Shown piece by piece: positions 18,122 through 25,755 of a stretch of 48,688 nucleotides of DNA (its first letter is position 1; each line of letters begins with the position of its first letter). The position numbers and the translations under genes were made by a program. Below the pieces are notes generated by a model that was given only the letters and a program-made list of their open reading frames with translations, was not told the origin of the DNA and did no database searches. The stretch spans positions 1 through 48,688 of the forward strand of contig JADGPM010000236.1 in the NCBI GenBank assembly GCA_017882425.1, in the 5' to 3' direction. The stretch comes from Solirubrobacteraceae bacterium. Its GTDB lineage: Bacteria; Actinomycetota; Thermoleophilia; Solirubrobacterales; Solirubrobacteraceae.

Positions 18122-19003
18122 ATGCGCGTCGCCTTCATGGGCCTGGGGATCATGGGTTCCCGCATGGCCGACCACCTCGTCCGGGCCGGCCACGAGGTCA
18201 CCGTGTGGAACCGCACGCGGTCGACGGCCGACGCCTGGGCCGCCGAGCACGGCGCGCGGGTCTCCGCCACGCCCGCCGAGGCGGCACGCGACGCCGAGGC
18301 GCTGATCACGATGGTCGTCGACGGCCCGCAGGTCGAGGCGGTGTTGCTCGGTCCCGACGGCGCCGCGACCGCCGCTCCCGCGGGCGCACTCGTCGTCGAC
18401 ATGTCGACGATCGCCCCGGCGACCGCGCAGCGGCTGGGCGAGCGCCTGGCCGAGCGCGGCCTCGCGTTCGTCGACGCGCCGGTGACCGGCTCCTCCCCGG
18501 CCGCCGAGTCCGGAACGCTCACGATCATGGCCGGCGGAGCCGCCGCGGATGTCACACGGGCGATGCCGCTGTTCGAGGCGATGGGCCGGACGATCGTGCA
18601 CGTCGGCCCCGTCGGCCACGGCCAGCTCGTCAAGGTCCTGAACAACGCCGTCGCCGCGGCGAACGCCGTGACCGCGGCCCAGGCACTCGTCGCCGGGCGC
18701 GCGGTCGGCGTCGACCTCGACCGCCTCGTGGAGGTGATGGGCGCAGGCTCGGGCGGGTCGGCCGTCCTGAGCCTCAAGGCGGGGCCGATGCTCGCGCACG
18801 ACTATCCGCTGCTGTTCAAGACCGCGCACATGCTCAAGGACGTGCAGCACTGCCTGGACGCGGTGGGCGCCGCCGGCGCACCGTTCCCTGCCGCCGCACA
18901 GGCGCGCGAGGTGCTCGCGGCGACGGTCGGACGAGGCTTCGCGGACGACGACTACGCCGCCCTGGTGGAGAGCGTCGAGGGGTTCGCGGGCGTGCGCCTC
19001 TGA
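18122..19003 (+). CDS. NAD(P)-dependent oxidoreductase, 3-hydroxyisobutyrate/6-phosphogluconate dehydrogenase-like
   Basis: 293 aa with the Rossmann motif VAFMGLGIMGSRMADHL, plus DAPVTGS and LVKVLNN. Confidence 0.9.
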   Translation: MRVAFMGLGIMGSRMADHLVRAGHEVTVWNRTRSTADAWAAEHGARVSATPAEAARDAEALITMVVDGPQVEAVLLGPDGAATAAPAGALVVDMSTIAPATAQRLGERLAERGLAFVDAPVTGSSPAAESGTLTIMAGGAAADVTRAMPLFEAMGRTIVHVGPVGHGQLVKVLNNAVAAANAVTAAQALVAGRAVGVDLDRLVEVMGAGSGGSAVLSLKAGPMLAHDYPLLFKTAHMLKDVQHCLDAVGAAGAPFPAAAQAREVLAATVGRGFADDDYAALVESVEGFAGVRL

Positions 19004-19008
19004 GTCTT

Positions 19009-19031
19009 CCGGCGGCGCGGGCGCCCGCCGG
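19009..19031 (+). terminator. GC hairpin immediately after the oxidoreductase stop (terminator candidate)
   Basis: CCGGCGG-cgcgggcgc-CCGCCGG gives a 7-bp stem, starting 6 nt after the TGA. Confidence 0.4.
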
Positions 19032-19154
19032 GCGACCGGTCCAGCGGGCCGCTCGGCGTCGCGGAGCGACCGCTGAGCGCGCCGCAAGTGTCCAGCCAGA
19101 TGACCGATTCCTGGACGAAAAGCCGCAGCCCCTGTGCAGGTTTGACGCCACAAC

Positions 19155-19170
19155 GTGCGCAAATGCGCGC
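19155..19170. promoter_or_regulatory. imperfect palindrome GTGCGCAAATGCGCGC upstream of the 4-Cys gene
   Basis: Arms are GCGCA-AA-TGCGC. It shares the 10-mer GTGCGCAAAT with the perfect palindrome at 48647..48661 and lies about 56 nt upstream of the ATG at 19219. Confidence 0.35.
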
Positions 19171-19218
19171 GTGGCGCGGGAATGACTCCAAACGGCCGTA
19201 AAAAGGCCCAGGTTCGTT

Positions 19219-19761
19219 ATGCCCTTCGGTCAGTCCCCCCACTCGGTTCCCGCGCTCGGCGCCTCGGTCATCTCGTTCGAGGACCGTCTGCGCAGCCGTC
19301 GCGAGGCCGCGGCGCAGACGACGGCACCCGTCGATCACGCCCAGGGCGGCCTGATCGCGCGAGCGCGCGTGGCCGCCGTCACCGACACCTGCTGGTGCTG
19401 CCGGCAGAAGGTGCGGGCGATCGTCGGCGTCCTTGTCGAGCCCGAGTACACGACGGACGGCAGCGGGTTCATCGCCCTCGAGCAGATCGATGACGCGCTG
19501 CTCAGCCTGCTGGACCGCACGACGCTCGCGCGTCGCGGCGTCGGCGAGCTGCGCCATCGCGACAGCCCCGGCGTCGAGGGCGGCTACATCGCGAACGGCT
19601 GCCTCGAGTGCGACGCGCTGATCGGGCGCTTCCACCTCGAGGACCTGCTCACCGAGCATCGCAACGCCGGCGGGTCGAGCGGCCAGCTCGACATCGGCAT
19701 CGCCGTCCAGCTCGAGCTGCGCCGCGACACGCGCCGCAGCGAGCGCAGCGCCCTCGCCTGA
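19219..19761 (+). CDS. hypothetical protein with two CxxC pairs (putative zinc-binding domain)
   Basis: 180 aa containing CWCCRQKV...(about 60 aa)...NGCLECDALIGRFH. No family recognised. The flanking DNA is less GC-rich than the rest of the window. Confidence 0.55.
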   Translation: MPFGQSPHSVPALGASVISFEDRLRSRREAAAQTTAPVDHAQGGLIARARVAAVTDTCWCCRQKVRAIVGVLVEPEYTTDGSGFIALEQIDDALLSLLDRTTLARRGVGELRHRDSPGVEGGYIANGCLECDALIGRFHLEDLLTEHRNAGGSSGQLDIGIAVQLELRRDTRRSERSALA

Positions 19762-19836
19762 GCCGTCCCGCAACGGCCGCCGCCGGTCTGTGCGATCGCG
19801 CACACGAGCGCCTGCGCCATGCTTCCCCCGTCACGG

Positions 19837-19865
19837 GAAAACCCCGATGGCGACTGGGGTTTTTC
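19837..19865. terminator. A-tract/stem/T-tract intrinsic terminator (bidirectional shape)
   Basis: gAAAACCCC-gatggcgact-GGGGTTTTTc, conspicuous in this GC-rich DNA, about 75 nt after the stop of 19219..19761. Confidence 0.5.
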
Positions 19866-20016
19866 ACGGTGCGCGTCGCGGCGGACTACGGCGATTTGCA
19901 GGGATGTTTTGGGATTCCCAGTGCGTTTGCCAGAATGCCTGCATCCCGTCGTCGCGGCCGGCCTCAACCGGACTCGGCGCGGGATCGTTTTCTGTCGTCT
20001 ACCAGTTTCGGAACCT

Positions 20017-20646
20017 ATGCCAATTGCCTTGAAGGAGTGGGCGGTCACGGTCCGCGCGCTCGCCGAAGGAGAGCAGCTCCTCACCCTCCGCAAGGGGGGC
20101 ATCCGTGAGGAGAACAAGCACTTCGAGCTCGAGCATGACCGCTTCTTCCTGTATCCGACGTTCGATCACCAGCGCAACGACGTCGTTCGTGAGGCCCACA
20201 TGCCGGAGCTGCGCCGCGCGCTCGAAGAGGGCGTCTGGCCGGACGGCGATCCGCCGATCCACGCGCTCACGCGCGACGGCGGGATCCCGCAGCCCGACCG
20301 CGTCCGGGTCCGTGCCTGGGCCGAGGTGGCCGGGCACTACACCGTGACCGACCCGCGCGTGGTCCACGATCTGTCCCCGTTCTACGTCTGGACGACGGAC
20401 TACGCCGAGAAGCGCCTCAGCTGGAAGCCCCGCCACCCGCTGCACGTCGTGCTGCTGCGTGCGTACCGCATCCCGCGACCCGTCACGGTTCGTGTGCGCG
20501 GCGACTACGGCGGCTGTCGCTCGTGGCTGGAGATCGCCCGTGACCTCCCGTTCGAGGGCACGCCGGTCCTCTCCGACGACGAATTCGGCCGCGTCCAGGA
20601 GGAGATCGAGGCGATCGTCTCCGGGCGCGTCCCCGCGCTGGCCTGA
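20017..20646 (+). CDS. DUF1802-like protein (family recognised from the N-terminal signature only)
   Basis: In-frame ATG at 20017 gives MPIALKEWAVTVRALAEGEQLLTLRKGGIREENKHFELEHDRFFLYPTFDHQ. The ORF part upstream of this ATG runs through the terminator and is not credible. Confidence 0.7.
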   Translation: MPIALKEWAVTVRALAEGEQLLTLRKGGIREENKHFELEHDRFFLYPTFDHQRNDVVREAHMPELRRALEEGVWPDGDPPIHALTRDGGIPQPDRVRVRAWAEVAGHYTVTDPRVVHDLSPFYVWTTDYAEKRLSWKPRHPLHVVLLRAYRIPRPVTVRVRGDYGGCRSWLEIARDLPFEGTPVLSDDEFGRVQEEIEAIVSGRVPALA

Positions 20647-20699
20647 CGTCCATCTCCCCCACCGCCGAGCGACTGATCGCTGACGCCTCCGGCGTCCTG

Positions 20700-21593
20700 G
20701 TGATCGGCATCGGCGGTGGCGGCGACGTGGTCGGCGCGCTCGCCGCCGCGGGAATCGCCGAGCGGCTCGGCACCAGGGCCGAGCTCGGCGGCCTCACCTG
20801 GGAGCGCCGCCCGATCGACCCGCTCCCGGGCCCGCGCCGCCTCGACGAGGTCGTGCAGGCCGAGCGCCTGCATCCCGCCGCCGCGCTCGCCGGGCCCACC
20901 ACATCGGGCCCCGGCGGCTTCCTGTTCGCGGAGAGCGGCATGGCCGGCTTCCTCGGCCGCCCCACCGTGCTGATCGACCCCAACCCCGGCTCCGCCGTCT
21001 GCGGCGCCGGGATCGCCCGGGCGGCCCGGCATCTCGGCTGCGATCTCGTCGTCCTGCTCGACGTCGGCGGCGACGTCCTCGCGCACGGGGACGAGCCGGG
21101 ACTCGCGAGCCCGCTCGCCGATGCGGTGCTGCTCGCCGCCGCGCCCGCGATCGCGGCCACCGGGATCGGTGTCATCGCCGCGGTCTTCGGGGCCGGCTGC
21201 GACGGTGAGCTCACCCCGGCGGAGGTGCTGGAGCGCGTCGCCGAGGTGCAGGAGGCCGGCGGGGGCCTGGGGACCGACGCCCTCGCCCCTGACGTCGTCA
21301 CCCGCATCGAGGCGGCGGCCGCACGCATCCCGACCGAGGCCAGCGCGATGGCGGCGCGCTGCGCGCGTGGTCAGGTCGGCCCGGTCCCCATCCGCGGCGG
21401 CCGCCGGACGGTGGAGCTGACCGCGGACGGCGGCCTGGTGCACTGGCTGGACCCCGAGCGCGCGATCGTCTCCGCGGCCCGCCTGGCGGCGGCGGTCGCG
21501 GGCGCCGCCGACCTCGCGGCGGCCGACGCCGTCCTGGCGGCGCGCGGCGTGCGCACCGAGCTCGCCTACGAGCGCGACGCCGCGGCCGGCTGA
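20700..21593 (+). CDS. DUF1152-like protein with N-terminal glycine-rich loop GIGGGGD
   Basis: The first canonical start (GTG 20700) sits directly on the VIGIGGGGDVVGAL loop. The same frame is open upstream (LTSISPTAERLIADASGVL), so the true start is probably upstream, for example the CTG at 20643 that overlaps the DUF1802-like stop. Confidence 0.7.
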   Translation: MIGIGGGGDVVGALAAAGIAERLGTRAELGGLTWERRPIDPLPGPRRLDEVVQAERLHPAAALAGPTTSGPGGFLFAESGMAGFLGRPTVLIDPNPGSAVCGAGIARAARHLGCDLVVLLDVGGDVLAHGDEPGLASPLADAVLLAAAPAIAATGIGVIAAVFGAGCDGELTPAEVLERVAEVQEAGGGLGTDALAPDVVTRIEAAAARIPTEASAMAARCARGQVGPVPIRGGRRTVELTADGGLVHWLDPERAIVSAARLAAAVAGAADLAAADAVLAARGVRTELAYERDAAAG

Positions 21594-21599
21594 TCCCCG

Positions 21600-22349
21600 A
21601 TGTCCTGGCAGGAGACCGCCTCGCCGAACTTCCAGGCGCGCCACGACGCGCGCGACGAGAGCGCCGTCGTCGGCGTGCTGGAGCAGCTCGAGGCGACCCG
21701 CGAGCGCCTCGAGCGGTGGTTCGCACCGCTGCCCGATCACGTCGCCGTCGTCCTGCACCCCAGCGCCGGCCAGCTCACGCTCGCCCAGCCGGCTGCCGGG
21801 CTGCTGCGCCATCTGACGACGCCGGCCGCCCGCCGGTACGTCGCGGGCTGGTTCACCACGCGGGAGGTCCACGTGCTCGCCCCGCGGCTGCTCGCCGCGC
21901 GCGCGTCCAACGTGCCCGGCTCGCGCGAGATGCTGGAGCTGACCCCCTCGGCGCTCTACGCCCAGCTCGTCGTCGGCCGCGCGAACCCGGGGCTGCCACC
22001 GCCGTTCCGGCCCGCCACCGCCGTGCGGTACGCACGCTGGGCCTGGCTGTCGGCCGGCGCCGGACAGTGGTTCTCCGGGCAGACCGCGCATGCCCGCCCG
22101 GCGATCGGACGGCGCCTGCGCGAGGGCGGCGAGCCGAGCTTCCCGCCCGGGATCCGGGACGCGCAGCTGCTCGGCGGCTCCGTGCTCGACCTGCTCGTGC
22201 GCGAGGAGGGCGAGACGGCCGCGGCCGCCCTCGCCATCGCCGAGCTGCGCGACCCGCGGCGGCTGCTCGAGCATGCGTTCCGCGGGCGCAGCATCGTCCA
22301 CAGTGCGGGCGCGTGGCGCGCCCACCTGGCGCGCATGGCGAGCGCCTGA
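21600..22349 (+). CDS. hypothetical protein (249 aa), third gene of the operon
   Basis: The ATG lies 6 nt after the previous stop. Composition is protein-like (W, F, Y, H spread through it). No catalytic motif or family recognised. Confidence 0.6.
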   Translation: MSWQETASPNFQARHDARDESAVVGVLEQLEATRERLERWFAPLPDHVAVVLHPSAGQLTLAQPAAGLLRHLTTPAARRYVAGWFTTREVHVLAPRLLAARASNVPGSREMLELTPSALYAQLVVGRANPGLPPPFRPATAVRYARWAWLSAGAGQWFSGQTAHARPAIGRRLREGGEPSFPPGIRDAQLLGGSVLDLLVREEGETAAAALAIAELRDPRRLLEHAFRGRSIVHSAGAWRAHLARMASA

Positions 22350-22359
22350 GGCGGCGGGA

Positions 22360-22851
22360 TCAGCTCGAGACCAGCGAACCGACCCAGACGATCAGGCCGA
22401 CGAGCGCGACGCCGGCGAGCAGGCCGGCGAACAGCTTCGCGGGCCGCGGCCCAGGCGAGCTTGCGGAGCTGTCGTGCAGCTCGACCTGGAGCAGGACCTC
22501 GCGGGCGGTCGCCTCGCCCGAGAGCGGCACCAGCACGTCACGCGGCCCGGCGGCGAGCATGTCGGGGACGTCGAACCCGCGCGAGCGGCGCACGAGGCTC
22601 GGCACGCCCTCCTCGAGCAGCAGGTTCGAGATGAAGTCGGCCTCGGCCTGGTTGCGGCCGGTGGCGACCCTGACGAGGTCGCCCTCGGTGTACTGCGGCT
22701 TGATCTTGCGGGCGCGGGCCTGGCGCTCGGTCGCCTCGTCGCGGGCGGGGCTCTGATAGGTCAGCGGCATGCCGCAATCGGGGCAGAAGCGCTCGTCCAG
22801 GCCGTGCATCGTGGCGCAGCGGGGGCAGACGAGCAGCTCGTCGTCATCCAT
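22360..22851 (-). CDS. zinc-ribbon / DUF2007-like (putative signal-transducing) protein with C-terminal membrane anchor
   Basis: Contains CPRC..x12..CPDCG, the core GDLVRVATGRNQAEADFISNLLLEEGVP, and a C-terminal TM LFAGLLAGVALVGLIVWVGSLV. The start overlaps the mec stop region by 8 nt. Confidence 0.7.
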   Translation of the reverse strand: MDDDELLVCPRCATMHGLDERFCPDCGMPLTYQSPARDEATERQARARKIKPQYTEGDLVRVATGRNQAEADFISNLLLEEGVPSLVRRSRGFDVPDMLAAGPRDVLVPLSGEATAREVLLQVELHDSSASSPGPRPAKLFAGLLAGVALVGLIVWVGSLVSS

Positions 22852-23257
22852 CGCCGGCGACCCCGACCCCCGCGTCGACGATCCGGCCGTCGGTGATCTC
22901 GAAGCTGCGGACGTCCGGCTCGGCGTCGGCGCCGTCGGCGAGCCCGACGATCAGCCATTCGACCCCCGGCCAGTGTTGCGCGAAGTTCAGATCCGTCTGC
23001 GAGGGAAACGGCTCGGAGCGCGTGTGCGAGTGGTAGATCCCGCCGTGCTGCTCGCCGCGATCCTCGATCTCCGTGATCAGGCGGTACACCTCGAGGCCAT
23101 CGACGGCGAAGCGCATCGGGCTCGCGGCGGTGTTCTCCGCCGGGTGGACGCTGACGGCGACGCCGTCACGCACTCCGATGAGGCCGCAGCACTCGTTCGG
23201 GTGCTCGCGGCGGGCGTGGTCGACGATGATCGAGAGAAGCTCGGCGGAGATGCGCAT
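22844..23257 (-). CDS. mec: JAMM/MPN+ metalloprotease (Mec+-like, sulfur-carrier C-terminal hydrolase)
   Basis: 137 aa with the upstream Glu (HPNECCG) and the JAMM motif HSHTRSEPFPSQTD (H-x-H-x7-S-x2-D). Confidence 0.9.
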   Translation of the reverse strand: MRISAELLSIIVDHARREHPNECCGLIGVRDGVAVSVHPAENTAASPMRFAVDGLEVYRLITEIEDRGEQHGGIYHSHTRSEPFPSQTDLNFAQHWPGVEWLIVGLADGADAEPDVRSFEITDGRIVDAGVGVAGDG

Positions 23258-23288
23258 CGCCGCCGAGACTAGTGCTTCGAGTGGCGGG

Positions 23289-23498
23289 TCAGGCGACGGT
23301 GGAGTCGTCCGACTTCGCCTGCAGGACGGGCTTCTCGATTGCCTCGTCGCGGTCGTCGTGATCGCCGCTCAGCGACTCCTTGAACTCGCGCATCCCCTTG
23401 CCGACGGAGCGCCCGACCTCGGGCAGCTTCTTCGGGCCGAGGACGACGAGCGCGATGATGAGCACGACGACGAGTTCCATGGGGCCGATGCTGGGCAT
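23289..23498 (-). CDS. tatA: twin-arginine translocase subunit TatA/E
   Basis: MPSIGPMELVVVLIIALVVLGPKKLPEVGRSVGKGMREFKE. Start is ATG 23498 or GTG 23504. Confidence 0.85.
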   Translation of the reverse strand: MPSIGPMELVVVLIIALVVLGPKKLPEVGRSVGKGMREFKESLSGDHDDRDEAIEKPVLQAKSDDSTVA

Positions 23499-23549
23499 GA
23501 CCACAGGGTACGGGTTCGGCGGGCGTGGGGCGACGGTTCAGCGGATGGA

Positions 23550-24524
23550 CTACCACCACAGCGTCGACTCGAGATCCTCGATCTCGTCGACGGGCAGCGT
23601 GTAGATCCCGCTGGACAGGTACTTCCAGCCGTCGTCGCAGACGATGAAGACGACGTTGCCCTCGTCCATCTCGTTCGCGATGCGCACGGCGACGCGCGCG
23701 ATCGCCCCGGACGAGACGCCGGCGAACAGCCCCTCCTCGTCGAGCAGCCTGCGCGTCCAGAGGATCGCGTCGCGGTTCGTCACGAAGATCTTGCGGTCGA
23801 GCAGCGAGAGATCGATGATCGGCGGGATGAAGCCGTCGTCGAGCGAACGCAGGCCCTGCACGGGCTCGCCCTGCATCGGCTCGGCGGCGACGATCTTCAC
23901 GCGATCGCCGAGCTCCTCCTTGAACCGGCGTGCGTGCCCCATCAGCGTGCCGCCGGTGCCCAGACCCGCGACGAACGCGTCGACCCGGCCCTCGAGCTCG
24001 AGCAGGATCTCCCGCGCGGTGCCCTCGTAGTGGGCGCGCGGGTTGGCCTCGTTCCCGTACTGGTAGGGCATGTAGTACGAGGGGTCGGCGGCGGCCATGT
24101 CGAGCGCCATCGCGACGGCCCCGTTCGAGCCCTGGTCGCCCGGGGAGTAGACGATCTCGGCGCCGTACATCTTCAGCAGCTGGGTGCGCTCGGGCGTGAC
24201 GTTGTCCGGCATCACGACCTTGAGCTTGTAGCCCTTGCGCGAGCAGATCATCCCGAGCGCGATGCCGGTGTTGCCGGAGGTCGGCTCGAGGATCGTCTGC
24301 CCGGGCCGGATGAGGCCCTTCTCCTCGGCGTCCTCGATCAGCGCCTTCGCGACGCGATCCTTCACCGAGCCGGTCGGGTTGCGGCTCTCGAGCTTGGCCC
24401 AGATCCGTACGCCGGGCTTGGGCGAGAGGCGCCGCAGCTCGACGAGCGGCGTGTTGCCGATCGCCTCGACGATGTCGGTGTACCGCCCCCCGCAGGGGCG
24501 TGTCTCCAGCGGCGGATAGGCCAT
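23550..24524 (-). CDS. cysM: cysteine synthase B-like PLP enzyme (CysM/CysK family)
   Basis: This is the last 324 aa of ORF 23550..24896, from MAYPPLE. Motifs are NPTGSVKDR (PLP Lys), TSGNTG and GLGTGGTL. The upstream ORF part is Arg-rich junk. Confidence 0.9.
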   Translation of the reverse strand: MAYPPLETRPCGGRYTDIVEAIGNTPLVELRRLSPKPGVRIWAKLESRNPTGSVKDRVAKALIEDAEEKGLIRPGQTILEPTSGNTGIALGMICSRKGYKLKVVMPDNVTPERTQLLKMYGAEIVYSPGDQGSNGAVAMALDMAAADPSYYMPYQYGNEANPRAHYEGTAREILLELEGRVDAFVAGLGTGGTLMGHARRFKEELGDRVKIVAAEPMQGEPVQGLRSLDDGFIPPIIDLSLLDRKIFVTNRDAILWTRRLLDEEGLFAGVSSGAIARVAVRIANEMDEGNVVFIVCDDGWKYLSSGIYTLPVDEIEDLESTLWW

Positions 24525-24570
24525 GGCTTTCCGAAATATAGCGAGCGGCGGGACTCGCCCGGGACGCTGA

Positions 24571-25755
24571 TCACCAGCTCGCGCGCAGGCGCTCCAGGCC
24601 GCTGCGGATCTCCTGCGGCGGATGCGTCGTGAACGACAGGCGCAACGCACGGGAATCCGGCGTTCCGGCGAAGAACGGGGCGCCCGGGACGAACGCCACG
24701 CGCTGCTCGATCGCGCGCGCGAGCAGCTCCTGCGCGTCGTGGCCCTGGGGCAGCCGCGCCCAGACGAACATCCCGCCGGCCGGGCGGTTCCAGGTGCTCC
24801 CCGGCGGGAGCGCCCCGGCCAGCCCGCCGAGCAGGGCGTCGCGCCGCTCGCGATAGACCTCGCACAGCCCGGCGATCCGGGCGCCGAGGTCGACATCGGC
24901 GAGCCACGCGGCGGCTGCGGCCTGGTCGATGGTCGAGGAGTGCAGGTCGGCCGCCTGCTTGGCGACGACGAGCCCGCGGCGCAGCGCCGCCGGCGTGCGG
25001 ACCCAGCCGATCCGCAGGCCCGGCGCGGCGATCTTCGAGAGTGTCGAGAGCGCGAGCGTGCGGTCCGCGGCGGGGCCCAGCGCGGCGATCGGACCTTCGG
25101 CGTCGCCCTCGAAGCGCAGCGCGCCGTACGGGTCGTCCTCGATCAGCCACAGGCCGCGGCGCGCGGCGATCTCCGCCACGGCGACGCGGCGCGCGGCCGG
25201 CAGCGTGCGCCCCGTCGGGTTCTGGAAGTTCGGGATCAGGTAGAGCGCGACGGGTCGCTCGGCGGCGGCCGTCGCGTCGAGCGCCTCCGGCACGATGCCG
25301 TCCTCGTCACAGGCGACCGGCACCACGCGCGCGCCGGCGAGCGCGAAGCACTGCAGCGCCGCGAGGTAGGAGGGCTCCTCGACGAGCACGACGTCGCCCG
25401 GCTCGAGCAGGACCGTCGCGATCAGCGTGAGCGCCTGCTGGGAGCCGCTCGTGACGAGGACGTCGCCGGGCTCCGTGCGCAGGCCGCGCGCCTCCAGCAG
25501 GCCGGCGATCTGCCCGCGCAGGCGCGGGTCGCCCTCCGTCGTGGAGTACTGCAGCGCGCGAGGCGCGTCCGCTCCGCTCAGGACGCGGTCATAGGCGGCG
25601 CGCAGCCCCGCGACGTCGAACAGCTCGGGCGCCGGGAGGCCGCCCGCGAACGAGATGAACCCCGGCTGCTCGGTGAGCGCCAGGATGTCGCGGACCGGCG
25701 AGCCGGCGACCCCACGCAGGCGGGCGGCGGGCTCGCGCGGGGCGGCGACGCTCAG
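24571..25755 (-). CDS. PLP-dependent aminotransferase, class I/II (AspC/ARO8/LysN-like)
   Basis: The track ORF 24571..25389 is only the C-terminal two thirds. My translation of the same frame upstream gives LSVAAPREPAARLRGVAGSPVRDILALTEQPGFISFAGGLPAPELF...ALQYSTTEGDPRLRGQIAG...VLVTSGSQQALTLIATVLLEPGDVVLVEEPSY, a typical N-terminal domain. That stretch has no in-frame ATG, GTG or TTG. The CTG at 25753-25755 overlaps the cysO stop. Confidence 0.8.
   Translation of the reverse strand: MSVAAPREPAARLRGVAGSPVRDILALTEQPGFISFAGGLPAPELFDVAGLRAAYDRVLSGADAPRALQYSTTEGDPRLRGQIAGLLEARGLRTEPGDVLVTSGSQQALTLIATVLLEPGDVVLVEEPSYLAALQCFALAGARVVPVACDEDGIVPEALDATAAAERPVALYLIPNFQNPTGRTLPAARRVAVAEIAARRGLWLIEDDPYGALRFEGDAEGPIAALGPAADRTLALSTLSKIAAPGLRIGWVRTPAALRRGLVVAKQAADLHSSTIDQAAAAAWLADVDLGARIAGLCEVYRERRDALLGGLAGALPPGSTWNRPAGGMFVWARLPQGHDAQELLARAIEQRVAFVPGAPFFAGTPDSRALRLSFTTHPPQEIRSGLERLRASW

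Noticed and set aside
19819-20016. Upstream 66 codons of ORF 19819..20646 as part of the DUF1802-like protein.
   Set aside because: The extension reads through the A/T-tract terminator hairpin and the AT-rich promoter-like region. The family signature starts exactly at the ATG at 20017.
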